Assembly: GCA_012744445.1 (NCBI GenBank)
Contig: JAAYBZ010000138.1
Span: 845-64,844 of the forward strand
Source of the DNA: Myxococcales bacterium
GTDB taxonomy: Bacteria; Myxococcota_A; Polyangia; Polyangiales; Houyiibacteriaceae
Direction of reading: 5' to 3'
Length of the DNA: 64,000 bases
Shown here: positions 36,305 through 46,040 of the stretch, in pieces
Numbering within the stretch: the stretch's first letter is position 1
How the letters are laid out: the number at the start of each line of letters is the position of its first letter
Translations under genes and position numbers: made by a program
Notes under the pieces: generated by a model
Database searches by the model: none
The model's input: only the letters and a program-made list of their open reading frames with translations
Told to the model about the DNA's origin: nothing

Positions 36305-37264
36305 TCAGCGCGCTTCGGCGCGGGCGCCCGCCACCTCGGCCGCGACGGCGTCGAAGCGCAGGCCCGTGCGCGTCTCCGTCGCGTCCCAGAGGCGCGCGGC
36401 GAGCGACTCGTCGTAGGAGCGCTTGCTCGAGCGGGTCACGGCGGGCACGCCGCGCGTGCCGAAGAGCTTGCTCGGCCCCACGTAGGAGCCGCCGGGGATG
36501 GGCGCGAGCGCGGCGTAGAGCGAGGGCCAGGCGCCCATGTGCGCGGGCTGGGCCACGACCGCGTTGCCCCAGACGAGGATGTCGGCGAGCCACGGGGCGA
36601 GGCGCGCGAGCGAGGTGCTCTTGGTGATCTGCGTCGCGGCGACGCCGGGGTGGCAGGCCATCGAGAGGGTGCGGAGCCCCGCGCGCCGGAGGCGACGCTC
36701 GAGCTCGTAGGCGAAGAGGAGGTTGGCGAGCTTGCTCCGCGCGTAGGCCGCGGCCGCGCTGTAGCCGCGATCGAAGTCGAAGTCGTCGGGGTCGATCGTG
36801 GCGCGCGCGTGCGTGACGCTGCTCACGGTGACGACGCGCCCGCCCGGCGCGCGCTCGAGGAGCGGGAGGAGGCGCAGCGAGAGCACGAAGTGGCCCACGT
36901 GGTTGGTGCCGAGGTGCGACTCGAAGCCGTCCTTCGTGGCGCTCTTGGGCAGGCCCATGATGCCCGCGTTGTTGATGAGCACGTCGAGCCGCTCGGTGCG
37001 CTCGGCGAGCAGGCGCGCGAAGGCCTCGACCGAGGCGAGGTCGGCGAGGTCGAGGGGGAGGGCCTCGGCCTTCGAGCCCGGGGCGCGCCGCCGGAGCTCC
37101 TCGAGCGCCCCCTCGGCGCGCTTCGGGTCGCGGCAGGCGAGGACGGTGTACGCGCCCTTCTTCGCGAGGGCGACGGCCGTCTCGAACCCGATCCCGCTGT
37201 TGCCGCCGGTGACCACGGCGGTGCGTCCTTCGAGGTGGGGAAGCGTCTCTTCGAAGCTCGACAT
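36305..37264 (-). CDS. SDR family oxidoreductase (retinol dehydrogenase/WWOX-like)
   Basis: 319 aa from ATG 37264. Contains VVTGGNSGIG, INNAG and YARSKLAN. Confidence 0.85.
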   Translation of the reverse strand: MSSFEETLPHLEGRTAVVTGGNSGIGFETAVALAKKGAYTVLACRDPKRAEGALEELRRRAPGSKAEALPLDLADLASVEAFARLLAERTERLDVLINNAGIMGLPKSATKDGFESHLGTNHVGHFVLSLRLLPLLERAPGGRVVTVSSVTHARATIDPDDFDFDRGYSAAAAYARSKLANLLFAYELERRLRRAGLRTLSMACHPGVAATQITKSTSLARLAPWLADILVWGNAVVAQPAHMGAWPSLYAALAPIPGGSYVGPSKLFGTRGVPAVTRSSKRSYDESLAARLWDATETRTGLRFDAVAAEVAGARAEAR

Positions 37265-37400
37265 GTTGGGGGCGTTTCTATGACCGGAATTGGCCTCGAG
37301 TCCACCCTCACGACGCCCGCGGGCGAAGGGCCGCGCCCGGCGGAGGCCTCGGGACGACGAAAATTTCACCCGAAGGAGACGATGTAGGATAACTCTACAC

Positions 37401-38096
37401 ATGCGCGCCCCCCTCGCCCTCGCCACGATCGCCACGCTCGTGCTCCTCGGCACCCGCGCCGAGGCCCAGCAAGGCGACGCCCCGCCCTCCTCCTTCCAGA
37501 GCTTCACCGAGCTCGAGATGCGCGCCGACCTGGAGTCGCTCGTCCCCCGCCTCCACTTCGACGTGCACGGGGCGGCGCGGCGCGCGGCCGACGTCACCGA
37601 GGCGCGGGCGCGGCTCGGGCTCGGCGTGCGGCTCAACGGCTGGGCCATCCTCTCGGCGGGCTACGCCTGGGCGCCCACCTTCGTCGACGAGGGCCCCGAC
37701 TTCCGAGAGAACCGCTTCTTCCAGCGGCTCACGGCGCGCTTCGCGAGCTCGCGGGCCGAGGTCTTCGCCGAGGGACGGCTCGAGCAGCGCTTCTCGCCCG
37801 ACACCGTGGGGGCCGGCTGGGCCTCGTCGCTCGCGGCGCGCGGGGCGCTCCGGCTCGGGCCCACGGGCTTCTGGGTGCTCGTCGAGCAGCGCGCGATCTT
37901 CCAGATGAACGACACCGACTCGGGTCTCACGGCCGGCCTCGAGGAGCACCGGCTCTTCGGCGGCTTCGCCTACGACCTCGGGCCGCGCACGATCCTGCGC
38001 TTCGGCTACATGCACCGGTACATGCCGATGAACGCGACGCCCGTGGGGCACGTCCTCTTCGTCGGGCCGCGCATGGCGTTCCGGACGGGAAGGTGA
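37401..38096 (+). CDS. DUF2490-like secreted/outer-membrane protein
   Basis: Signal peptide ending AEA-QQ and a beta-rich repeat pattern with a RENRFFQRL block. The family call is from memory. Confidence 0.5.
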   Translation: MRAPLALATIATLVLLGTRAEAQQGDAPPSSFQSFTELEMRADLESLVPRLHFDVHGAARRAADVTEARARLGLGVRLNGWAILSAGYAWAPTFVDEGPDFRENRFFQRLTARFASSRAEVFAEGRLEQRFSPDTVGAGWASSLAARGALRLGPTGFWVLVEQRAIFQMNDTDSGLTAGLEEHRLFGGFAYDLGPRTILRFGYMHRYMPMNATPVGHVLFVGPRMAFRTGR

Positions 38097-38103
38097 GGGG
38101 AAG

Positions 38104-38577
38104 ATGGGGGCTCGACGATTCTTGGTCTTCGCCGCGGCGTTTGCTTGCGCCGCGCTCTCGCCCGCCGAGGCGCCGGCCGATCGCGACGTGCAGACGATCC
38201 TCCCGCCGGGCCTCTACGTCTTCCAGACCCGCCTCGACCACGCGACGTGCGGCGAGTCGAGCTCGTCGGGGAACGTGACGAGCTACTTCGCCGCGCTCGA
38301 CGGAAGGCCCGGCGCGCGCGAGATGACGATGACGCTCCTCAACTCGTCGAACTGGCCCGCGTGGAAGATCACGATCCGCGGGACCGACAAGGTGATCGGC
38401 GACGCGCAGCAGGCGAACGTCGTGGGGCCCCACCGCGGCGAGGCGCACTTCGAGCTCCAGCTCGCCCGCGGAAAGCTCGTGGGCCGTGGCTCACGCGCGT
38501 GGACGCAGCGCGTGGACGGCGAGCCGACACGCTGCCGGATGGCCTTCGACGCGCTCCTCAAGCCACTTCACGACTGA
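38104..38577 (+). CDS. secreted hypothetical protein
   Basis: Signal peptide MGARRFLVFAAAFACAALSPAEA. No family recognised. Confidence 0.45.
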   Translation: MGARRFLVFAAAFACAALSPAEAPADRDVQTILPPGLYVFQTRLDHATCGESSSSGNVTSYFAALDGRPGAREMTMTLLNSSNWPAWKITIRGTDKVIGDAQQANVVGPHRGEAHFELQLARGKLVGRGSRAWTQRVDGEPTRCRMAFDALLKPLHD

Positions 38578-39341
38578 GCGCGCGCGAAGGCCTCGAGGTG
38601 GCGCGCGGTCTCCTCGGCGCGCTCGAAGGGGAACATGTGGCCCGCGCCCTCGAGGCGCACGAGGGACGCGCGCGGGAGTCGGTCGGCGAGGAAGCGCGCG
38701 TACTTCTCGGGCGTGAGCGGGTCGTCCGTGCCCGTCACGACGAGCGCCGGGAGGTCGATCTCGGCGAGCGCCTCCATCCGGTCGAACGCGTCCGCGGCGC
38801 GCCAATCGGCGAGGGCCGAGGCGGGCGGGATCGCGCGATCGAGGGCGTGCGCCGCGGCGAGGCGCGCGGGATCGGGGGAGGCGAAGGCGACGGGCGGCGT
38901 GAGCATGGGCTCGCCCTCTTGGGCGGCGGAGGAGACGGCCTCGAGGATGGCAGGGCTCACGCGGAGCCGCGCCCCGGAGGCGAGGAGCGCGATCGCGCGC
39001 GGCCTCCGTCCGGGCGGGAGGAGCGCGCATTCGATGGCGACGGCGCCGCCGAGCGAATGGCCGCACGCGATCCACGCGGTCTTGCCGAGCGCGTGCATCG
39101 CCTCGCCGGCGAGGCGCGCGAGCTCGCCGGTCCGATCGAGCGCCGGGCCCTCGCTCTCGCCGCGGCCCGGCGCGTCGAGGACCATCACCTCGAGGCCACG
39201 CACCGCCGCGGCGAGGGGCTCGAGGTGGCGCGCGCCCTGACCCGCGCCGTGGAAGAAGACGAGCGTGGGGCCCTCGCCCCCGCGATGGAGGAAGCCGAGC
39301 CGTCGGCCCAGGGCCCGGACGTGCAGAGGGGAGAGGCTCAC
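38568..39341 (-). CDS. alpha/beta hydrolase
   Basis: GTG 39341 overlaps the ppnN stop (GTGA). Contains HGAGQG, the nucleophile elbow GHSLGG, and AGHMFPFE. Confidence 0.75.
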   Translation of the reverse strand: MSLSPLHVRALGRRLGFLHRGGEGPTLVFFHGAGQGARHLEPLAAAVRGLEVMVLDAPGRGESEGPALDRTGELARLAGEAMHALGKTAWIACGHSLGGAVAIECALLPPGRRPRAIALLASGARLRVSPAILEAVSSAAQEGEPMLTPPVAFASPDPARLAAAHALDRAIPPASALADWRAADAFDRMEALAEIDLPALVVTGTDDPLTPEKYARFLADRLPRASLVRLEGAGHMFPFERAEETARHLEAFARAQS

Positions 39342-40741
39342 GACGACCGCTCGTCGATCACGTAACAAGCGCGGTACTCGCCCTCGAGCTTCATGCGCTG
39401 CTCGGCGGCGAAGCTCGAGAGGAGCTCCTCGATGGCGTTCATCAGCGCGCGGTCGGCGCGGAGGCGGAAGGGGCCGTGCTCCTCGACGGCGCGGATGCCC
39501 GAGTCCTTGACGTTGCCCGCGACGAGCCCCGAGAAGGCGCGGCGGAGATTCACGGCGCGCTCGTGGACGGGCTGATCGAGCCGGAGCTCCAGCGCGGCCA
39601 TCGCCTCGTGCGTGGGCTCGAAGGGGCGCTGGAAGCCCTCGGGGATGCGCAGCCGCCAGTTGTAGGCGAAGGCGTCGTCGGTGCGGCTCCGATGCGTGCG
39701 GACGTCCTCCACGCCGTCGACGAGCGCGCGCGCCACGGCCTCGGCGTCGTCGTAGATGATGCGGTAGCGGCGCAGGGCCTCGCTCCCGAGCGTGGTGCCG
39801 ATGAAGCGATCGATGCGCTCGAAGTATGAGCGCGCCGACTGCGGGCCCGTGAAGATCACGGGCATCGGCTGGTCTTCGTTGTCGGGCTCGAGGAGGATGC
39901 CGAGGAGATAGAGGATCTCCTCGGTGGTGCCCACGCCGCCCGGGAAGATCACGAAGCCGTGGCCCACCCGCACGAAGGCCTCGAGGCGCTTCTCGATGTC
40001 GGGGAGGATGACGAGTTTGTTGACGATGGGGTTGGGCGGCTCGGCGGCGATGATGCCGGGCTCCGTGATGCCCACGTAGCGGCCGCTCGTGAGGCGCTGC
40101 TTGGCGTGGCCGATGGCTGCGCCCTTCATCGGACCCTTCATGGCGCCCGGGCCGCAGCCGGTGGCCACGTCGAGGCCGCGGAGGCCGAGCTCGTAGCCCA
40201 CGCGCTTGGTGTAGACGTACTCCTCGCGCGAGATGGAGTGGCCGCCCCAGCAGACGACGAGGTTGGTGGGCGAGCGCGCGTCGAAGATCCGGCCGTTGCG
40301 CAAGATGGAGAAGACGGCGTCGGTGATCGCCGCGGGCGTGGAGAGCTCCAGTCGTCCCGCCTCCACCTCGGTGGCCACGTAGACGATGTCGCGGAGCACG
40401 CTGAAGAGGTGCTCGCGCACGCCCTCGATCATGCGGCCGTCGACGAAGGCCGTGGCCGGGGCGTTCCACACCTCGAGGCGCACGCCGAAGGGCTCGCGAT
40501 CGATGCGGATCTCGAAGTCGCTGAACGTGTCGAAGAGGAGCTTCGCGTCGTCGATCTCGATGCCGGAGGCGAGGACGGCGAGCGCGCACTTGCGGAAGAG
40601 CGGGTGGAGGCCCCCCGCGCCGCGGCTCTCGAGGAGGGTGAGCTCGCGCTGCGAGAGGTGTTCGAGCGCACCACGCGGGCTGACCTGGGCGTGGGCGAGC
40701 TTGCGCCTGTTGAGCTCGGCGCGGGAGAGGGAGTCGGACAC
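39338..40741 (-). CDS. ppnN: nucleotide 5'-monophosphate nucleosidase PpnN (YgdH, LOG family)
   Basis: Colinear with E. coli YgdH as remembered: VVCWGGHSI, TGCGPGAMKGPMKGAAIGHA, ITEPGIIAAEPPNPIVN, PDIEKRLEAFVR, FPGGVGTTEEILYLLGIL, RRAFSGLVAGNVK. Confidence 0.85.
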   Translation of the reverse strand: MSDSLSRAELNRRKLAHAQVSPRGALEHLSQRELTLLESRGAGGLHPLFRKCALAVLASGIEIDDAKLLFDTFSDFEIRIDREPFGVRLEVWNAPATAFVDGRMIEGVREHLFSVLRDIVYVATEVEAGRLELSTPAAITDAVFSILRNGRIFDARSPTNLVVCWGGHSISREEYVYTKRVGYELGLRGLDVATGCGPGAMKGPMKGAAIGHAKQRLTSGRYVGITEPGIIAAEPPNPIVNKLVILPDIEKRLEAFVRVGHGFVIFPGGVGTTEEILYLLGILLEPDNEDQPMPVIFTGPQSARSYFERIDRFIGTTLGSEALRRYRIIYDDAEAVARALVDGVEDVRTHRSRTDDAFAYNWRLRIPEGFQRPFEPTHEAMAALELRLDQPVHERAVNLRRAFSGLVAGNVKDSGIRAVEEHGPFRLRADRALMNAIEELLSSFAAEQRMKLEGEYRACYVIDERSS

Positions 40742-40821
40742 CGTGCGGATTCTACCAGGCGTGCCCGCGCACGGCCCGCGCGACTTCCTTCGGGGCGCCT
40801 GGGCTGGTATGGCCCCGCTCC

Positions 40822-41622
40822 ATGACGAAGCGATTCGACGGGAAGGTCGCCTGGATCACGGGCGGCGGGAGTGGGATCGGCCGCGCGCTCGCGCTCGAGC
40901 TCGCGCGGCGAGGCGCGAAGGTGGCCGTCTCGGGGCGGAGGCGCGATCGCCTCGACGAGGTGGTCTCCGCGATCGAGGCCCAGGGCGGCGAAGGGCTCGC
41001 CGCGCCGTGCGACGTGACCGACGAGGCGAGCCTCGTCGCGGCCAAGGACGCGATCCTCGCGCGCTTCGGCAAGCTCGACGTCGTCGTCGCCAACGCCGGC
41101 TTCGGCGTCACGGGGCGGCTCGAGGAGATCGACGCCGCGGCGTGGCGGCGGCAGCTCGAGACGAACGTCGTGGGCGTGGGCAGCACCATCCACGTGACGA
41201 TGCCCGAGCTCCGGCGCACGCGCGGCCAGATGGTGATCGTGGCCTCGGCCGCCTCGCTCATCTGGGCGCCCGAGTCCGGCCCCTACTGCGCCTCCAAGGC
41301 CGCCGCGCGCGTCATCGGCTACACGCTCGCCGCCGAGATGCACGGCACGGGCGTGGCCGTGACCACGATCCACCCCGGCTTCGTCGAGAGCGAGATCGCG
41401 CGGGTGGACAACGAGGGCGTCTTCGATCCGAGCCGCAAGGACCACCGCCCGCAGAAGCTGATGTGGCCGACCGAACGCGCGGCGCGCGTGATGGCCGACG
41501 CGATCGCCAAGCGGAAGCGCGAGTACGTCTTCACGGCCCACGGCAAGCTCGGCGCCTTCTTCGGCACGCACTTCTCCGGGCTCGTCTACTGGGCGCTCAC
41601 GCGCTTCCGGCTGAAGGTCTGA
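40822..41622 (+). CDS. SDR family oxidoreductase
   Basis: ITGGGSGIG, NAG and YCASKAA motifs. Confidence 0.85.
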   Translation: MTKRFDGKVAWITGGGSGIGRALALELARRGAKVAVSGRRRDRLDEVVSAIEAQGGEGLAAPCDVTDEASLVAAKDAILARFGKLDVVVANAGFGVTGRLEEIDAAAWRRQLETNVVGVGSTIHVTMPELRRTRGQMVIVASAASLIWAPESGPYCASKAAARVIGYTLAAEMHGTGVAVTTIHPGFVESEIARVDNEGVFDPSRKDHRPQKLMWPTERAARVMADAIAKRKREYVFTAHGKLGAFFGTHFSGLVYWALTRFRLKV

Positions 41623-42543
41623 TCAGGGCACGTGCCCGAGGAAGGAGAGCTGGAGGATCGTCTCGCCGTAGCTCCCGAACTCCTGCCGGATCGAGAAGGC
41701 GAGCGAGATCTTCTGGTGTGAGTACCCGAGGCCGGCCGTGAGCGCGTGCACGTCGCGGCCGAGATCGCCCCGGTAGCCGAGCCGGAGGGGCACCTTGTCG
41801 AGCGCGACCACTTCGAGGCCCGTCCCGAGGAGGATCGTCGCGTGGTCGAAGGTGGAGAGGTCCGTGAGGAGATCGAAGCCGATGTCGACCACGCGCTGCC
41901 AGCCGTAGGCGATGCCGCCGCCCACCCGCTGGGGCACGAGCGGCGAGTGCCGGTCGACGAGGTTCTCGCCGATGACGGCGACGTGGAAGCCCTCGGTGAT
42001 CGTGAGGCGGACGGCGGCGTCCAGCGTAAAGCCCTTGGCGTGCGGGCCGATGGGCTGCCCGCCCTCGCTCTTGTCGTTCGCGCCGAGCCGCACGTAGCGC
42101 CCCGCGATGCCCGCCGACAGCCGGCTGCCGAGGCGCATGGCCATGCCGGCCTTGAGGTCGAGGCCGGAGTAGTCGCGCCCGCGGTTGCCGAAGACGCCCC
42201 GAGTCATGACGCCGGCGGCCACCGCCGCGGTGCGCGAGTCGACGATGGCACCGCCGGCGCCGAAGGTCCGCTCGCCCGCGACGTTCGTGAACGTGGTCTC
42301 GAGGTCGTAGAGGGGCACGAGCGGCATGTTCGCGACGTTGCCGGCGAGCGCGCCGGTGCCCCAGGTGCTCGCGCGGTTGCCGAGGCCGAGCGCGAGGCTC
42401 CGCGCGGTCTCGAAGCTGTCCTCGCGGGGCACGGTCGCGGGGGGCGCCGAGGAGACGCCGGAGGGGGCCTCGGTCTGGGCGCGGGCGGTCGCCGCCACGG
42501 CGAGGACGGCCAGCGCGAGCGCGGTCGCGGCGCGGGGGAGCAT
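41623..42543 (-). CDS. secreted beta-rich (outer-membrane-like) hypothetical protein
   Basis: Signal peptide MLPRAATALALAVLAVAATARA-Q from ATG 42543, followed by an alternating beta-strand pattern. Confidence 0.5.
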   Translation of the reverse strand: MLPRAATALALAVLAVAATARAQTEAPSGVSSAPPATVPREDSFETARSLALGLGNRASTWGTGALAGNVANMPLVPLYDLETTFTNVAGERTFGAGGAIVDSRTAAVAAGVMTRGVFGNRGRDYSGLDLKAGMAMRLGSRLSAGIAGRYVRLGANDKSEGGQPIGPHAKGFTLDAAVRLTITEGFHVAVIGENLVDRHSPLVPQRVGGGIAYGWQRVVDIGFDLLTDLSTFDHATILLGTGLEVVALDKVPLRLGYRGDLGRDVHALTAGLGYSHQKISLAFSIRQEFGSYGETILQLSFLGHVP

Positions 42544-42700
42544 GGCGCGCACTCTAAGGCCGAGCCTCCGCGTCCTCCAAAAACCTTGACGAAAGATCAG
42601 GATTGCACGAAGCCCCGCGACGTGGTGTGGCCGGCCCCCTCCGAGGACGGCCGTCACCCCGTGGGCCGAAAACCTACATCTTCATGCGACCTTCCCTTCG

Positions 42701-43073
42701 TCTTCCACAACCTATCCACAGCGTGTGAAAATTGGGGATAACTCGGGGCCGCTCGCGGCCTCCTCTCGGCGAGCGTCGCCGACGACGAATTTTGCAGTAA
42801 TTCCGATGTCTTACGCAGAAGAGCGGGGGCGGCTCGGAGGCCCTCGACGGGATCGCCTCGGATCGTGCTCTCGGAATTCGACGAGATCCCGAGCAGTTAG
42901 AAATTCGTGTTCGATCCCTCGTAGACGCCCCGAAAACGTCCTGCTAGGGTCGCCGCTCCTCAGCTCGAGGCAGGACGTTTCACCTCGTCGGAGCTTCCCC
43001 CCGAAGGAGCACGACGCGGCGGGCCGGCCCTGGTAGGGGGCTGAGCAGATCCCTGTGGATTACCTGGGGATCA
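42701..43073. promoter_or_regulatory. DnaA-box cluster upstream of dnaA
   Basis: 42701-42709 TCTTCCACA; 42712-42720 CTATCCACA; 42733-42741 reverse complement TTATCCCCA; 43054-43062 reverse complement TAATCCACA; 43065-43073 reverse complement TGATCCCCA. A further box sits at 43121-43129 inside the first dnaA codons. Confidence 0.45.
42934..42980. repeat. 11-bp perfect inverted repeat in the dnaA upstream spacer
   Basis: AAACGTCCTGC (42934-42944) and GCAGGACGTTT (42970-42980), separated by 25 nt. Confidence 0.6.
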
Positions 43074-43110
43074 ATGGGTTTTTCCGTCCTATTTCGTGGG
43101 TTGAACGCCG

Positions 43111-44490
43111 ATGCAGGTCCTGTGGAAGACGACGCTCGAATCACTTCGGGAGCACATTTCGGAGGAGACGTTCCAGTCGCTCATTCGCCCGATCGAGCTC
43201 GCGTCGCTCGAGGGAAAGACCGCCCTCTTCCGCGTTCCCAACACCTTTCACGGTGAGTGGGTGACGGCGAACCTCGGGGACGTCATCTCGGACGCCCTCT
43301 GCGCGGCGGCCGAGGATCTCGGCCGTGAGATCCCCCGCCCCCTCGAGATCGCCTTCGAGGTCGACGACTCCCTCATGGACCGCTTCGAGATCGAGGAGAC
43401 CCCGGCGGAGCCCGCGAAGCCCGCGCGCGCCTCGGTCGCGCCCTCGGCCACCCCCTCCGCCGCCCCGCGGCTCAACGCCAAGTATTCGTTCGACAATTTC
43501 ATCGTCGGGCCCTCCAACCAGCTCGCCCACGCCGCGAGCGTGGGGGTGGCCAAGGCGCCGGGATCACGCATGAACCCCCTCGTCATCTGCGGCGAGACGG
43601 GCCTCGGCAAGACCCACCTCACCAACGCCATCGGCCGCGCCATCTACGAGGCCAACCCGAAGGCGCGCATCATCTACCTCTCGGCCGAGGAGTTCACCAA
43701 CGAGTTCCTCCTCGCCCTCCGCAACCAGCGGGCCGACGAGTTCCATCAGCGCTTCCGCCGCGAGTGCGACGTCCTCCTCATGGACGACATCCAGTTCCTC
43801 GCCGAACGCGAACGCACCCAAGAGGTGTTCTTCCACACCTTCAACACCCTCTACCAAGAGGGCAAACAGATCGTCATCACCTCCGACGTCTACCCCCAGC
43901 ACATCCCCGGCATGCAGGAGCGGCTCGTCAGCCGCTTCGAGGCCGGCATGGTGGCCGACGTCCAGCCGCCCGAGCTCGACACCCGCGTCGCCATCCTCCA
44001 GAAGAAGGCCGAGGAGGAGGGTATCGACCTCGATCCAGCCGTCGCCGACTTCCTCGCGCGCGTCGTCAAGAACAACGTGCGCGAGCTCGAGGGCATCCTC
44101 ATCCGCCTCGCCGTCAAGGCCGAGCTCCTCGGGCGCCGCATCGACATGGAGCTCGCCCGGGACGCGACCCGCTCCCTCATCGTCGAGGCCAACAACACGG
44201 CCACCACGGTCGAGGACATCCAGAAGGCGGTCTGCGCGTACTTCGGGATCCGCCTGAGCGACCTCAAGGGCAAGCGTCGGCACCGCGCGGTGAGCTTCCC
44301 CCGCATGGTCGCCATGTACCTCGCGCGGCAGCGGCTCGGCACGAGCTTCCCCGAGCTCGGCGACCGCTTCGGCGGCAAGGACCACACCACGGTGATGAAC
44401 GCGGTCCGCAAGATCGACCGCCTCGTCGAGGAGAGCGACGAGCAGGTCGTCGCCAGCATCGAGGCCATCGAGCGCCGCCTCGGCTTCTAG
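43111..44490 (+). CDS. dnaA: chromosomal replication initiator DnaA
   Basis: 459 aa. YSFDNFIVGPSNQLAHAA, Walker A GETGLGKTHL, LLMDDIQFL, sensor and box VII regions, and domain IV GGKDHTTVMNA. Confidence 0.95.
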   Translation: MQVLWKTTLESLREHISEETFQSLIRPIELASLEGKTALFRVPNTFHGEWVTANLGDVISDALCAAAEDLGREIPRPLEIAFEVDDSLMDRFEIEETPAEPAKPARASVAPSATPSAAPRLNAKYSFDNFIVGPSNQLAHAASVGVAKAPGSRMNPLVICGETGLGKTHLTNAIGRAIYEANPKARIIYLSAEEFTNEFLLALRNQRADEFHQRFRRECDVLLMDDIQFLAERERTQEVFFHTFNTLYQEGKQIVITSDVYPQHIPGMQERLVSRFEAGMVADVQPPELDTRVAILQKKAEEEGIDLDPAVADFLARVVKNNVRELEGILIRLAVKAELLGRRIDMELARDATRSLIVEANNTATTVEDIQKAVCAYFGIRLSDLKGKRRHRAVSFPRMVAMYLARQRLGTSFPELGDRFGGKDHTTVMNAVRKIDRLVEESDEQVVASIEAIERRLGF

Positions 44491-44517
44491 TTTTCGAAGT
44501 CCCCCCGCTTCGAGCCC

Positions 44518-44570
44518 GAGCGCGGCGTGGGCAGGCAAGGGAAGGCCTGCTCACGCCGCGCTCTCCTTTT
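44518..44570 (+). terminator. strong intrinsic terminator after dnaA
   Basis: 18-nt arms GAGCGCGGCGTGGGCAGG / CCTGCTCACGCCGCGCTC (17 of 18 paired), a 10-nt loop, then TCCTTTT. Confidence 0.6.
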
Positions 44571-44667
44571 CGGGATGCGGAGTCATCCCGCGTACCGATC
44601 TGGTCTCCTGAGGGGAAGGGACCTATCTTGGGACTCCGAGTGGCCCGATCGGCCAAAGGAGACGACC

Positions 44668-45009
44668 ATGGATCGCAAAGACGAGACGCGCGGCGCGAGC
44701 CGCCGAGACTTCCTGAGGAAGACCGCGGGCTTCGGCCTCGTGGTGGTGGGTGCGCCGGCGTTCCTCTCCGCCTGCGGCAAGGGGGACGAGGGCCCCAACT
44801 GCCTGAACCCGCCCGGGCTCACCCCCGCCCAGCGTCAGCAGCGCACGGCCCTCGCGTACGTCGAGAAGGTCGCCGACCAGAGCCGCCGCTGCGACGTCTG
44901 CACCTTCTACACGGATCCGACGGCCGCCGGGCAGTGCGGCGGGTGCAATCTCGGGCTCGGCCCCGTGAATCCTGGCGGAAGCTGTAATAGCTTTGCGCCC
45001 AAGTCATGA
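44668..45009 (+). CDS. Tat-signal high-potential iron-sulfur protein (HiPIP)
   Basis: AAGGAG precedes ATG 44668. Twin-arginine SRRDFLRK. Cys pattern CDVCTFY...GQCGGC...GGSCNSF matches the HiPIP layout CxxCxF...C...C. Confidence 0.7.
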   Translation: MDRKDETRGASRRDFLRKTAGFGLVVVGAPAFLSACGKGDEGPNCLNPPGLTPAQRQQRTALAYVEKVADQSRRCDVCTFYTDPTAAGQCGGCNLGLGPVNPGGSCNSFAPKS

Positions 45010-46040
45010 TCTCGAGAAAACTCACCCTCGCGCTGGTCTGCGTCGCGTTCGCGGCCTGCTTCAAGAAGGACGAAGACAAGGCGGCGCCTGCCCCGGAAGC
45101 CACCGAGGCTCCGGCGAAGAAGCTGCCTTTCGAGCCGTTGCCCGAGGTCGAGGTCGACCCGAAGAAGGTCGAGCTCGGCCGGCGGCTCTACTTCGACACG
45201 CGCCTCTCGGGCGACGGCACCTTGAGCTGCGCGTCCTGCCACTCCTTCGACAAGGGCGGCGCCGACGCGGCCAAGGTGTCCACGGGCATCCGCGGGCAGC
45301 AGGGCCCCATCAACTCGCCCACCGTGCTCAACGCGCACCTGAACTTCGTGCAGTTCTGGGACGGGCGCGCGAAGGACCTCGAGGAGCAGGCGCTCGGCCC
45401 GGTCGAGAACCCGGTCGAGATGGGCGCCACCTGGCCCGAGGTCGTCGAGCGGCTCAAGGCCGACGAGAAGATGGTCGAGTGGTTCGACGCCCTCTACGAG
45501 GACGGGATCACCAAGGAGAACATCGCGGCGGCGATCGCGGAATTCGAGCGCTCGCTCTCCACGCCGGCGCCCTTCGACCGCTACCTCCAGGGTGACGAGG
45601 ACGCCATCTCCGAGAAGGCGAAGCGCGGCCTCGACCTCTTCGTGAAGACGGGCTGCGTCTCGTGCCACACGGGCCCGGGCCTCGGCGGCACGATGTTCCA
45701 GAAGTTCGGCCTGCTCGAGGACTACTTCCCGATCCGCGGCGGCGAGCTCACCGAGGCCGACCTCGGTCGCTACAACGTCACCAAGAACGAGGCCGACAAG
45801 CACATGTTCAAGGTGCCGCTCCTCCGCAACGTCGCGCTCACGGCGCCCTACTTCCACGACGGCTCGGTCGACGACCTCGGCCGCGCGGTGGAGATCATGG
45901 CCCGCGTGCAGCTCCGCAAGAAGCTCGAGCCCGACGAGATCGAGGCGATCGTCGCCTTCCTCGAGACGCTCACCGGCGAGCTCCCGCCCCACGCGGCGCC
46001 GCCCGAGGACGACGAGAAGGAGCCCAAGGGCGAGAACTGA
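45006..46040 (+). CDS. di-heme cytochrome c peroxidase (CCP/MauG family) lipoprotein
   Basis: Lipobox AFAAC, two CxxCH motifs (CASCH, CVSCH), and INSPTVLN, FWDGRA, ENPVEMG. ATGA overlap with the HiPIP gene. Confidence 0.9.
   Translation: MISRKLTLALVCVAFAACFKKDEDKAAPAPEATEAPAKKLPFEPLPEVEVDPKKVELGRRLYFDTRLSGDGTLSCASCHSFDKGGADAAKVSTGIRGQQGPINSPTVLNAHLNFVQFWDGRAKDLEEQALGPVENPVEMGATWPEVVERLKADEKMVEWFDALYEDGITKENIAAAIAEFERSLSTPAPFDRYLQGDEDAISEKAKRGLDLFVKTGCVSCHTGPGLGGTMFQKFGLLEDYFPIRGGELTEADLGRYNVTKNEADKHMFKVPLLRNVALTAPYFHDGSVDDLGRAVEIMARVQLRKKLEPDEIEAIVAFLETLTGELPPHAAPPEDDEKEPKGEN

Noticed and set aside
37383-37399. Short inverted repeat TGTAG-N7-CTACA just upstream of the DUF2490 gene
   Set aside because: The arms are only 5 bp, so it could easily arise by chance.
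39342-40589. Upstream part of the 673-aa minus ORF, and likewise 56191-57552 of the 858-aa minus ORF
   Set aside because: Both run out of frame through ppnN and through the Coq4/ppa region respectively. Their real genes are the C-terminal portions only.
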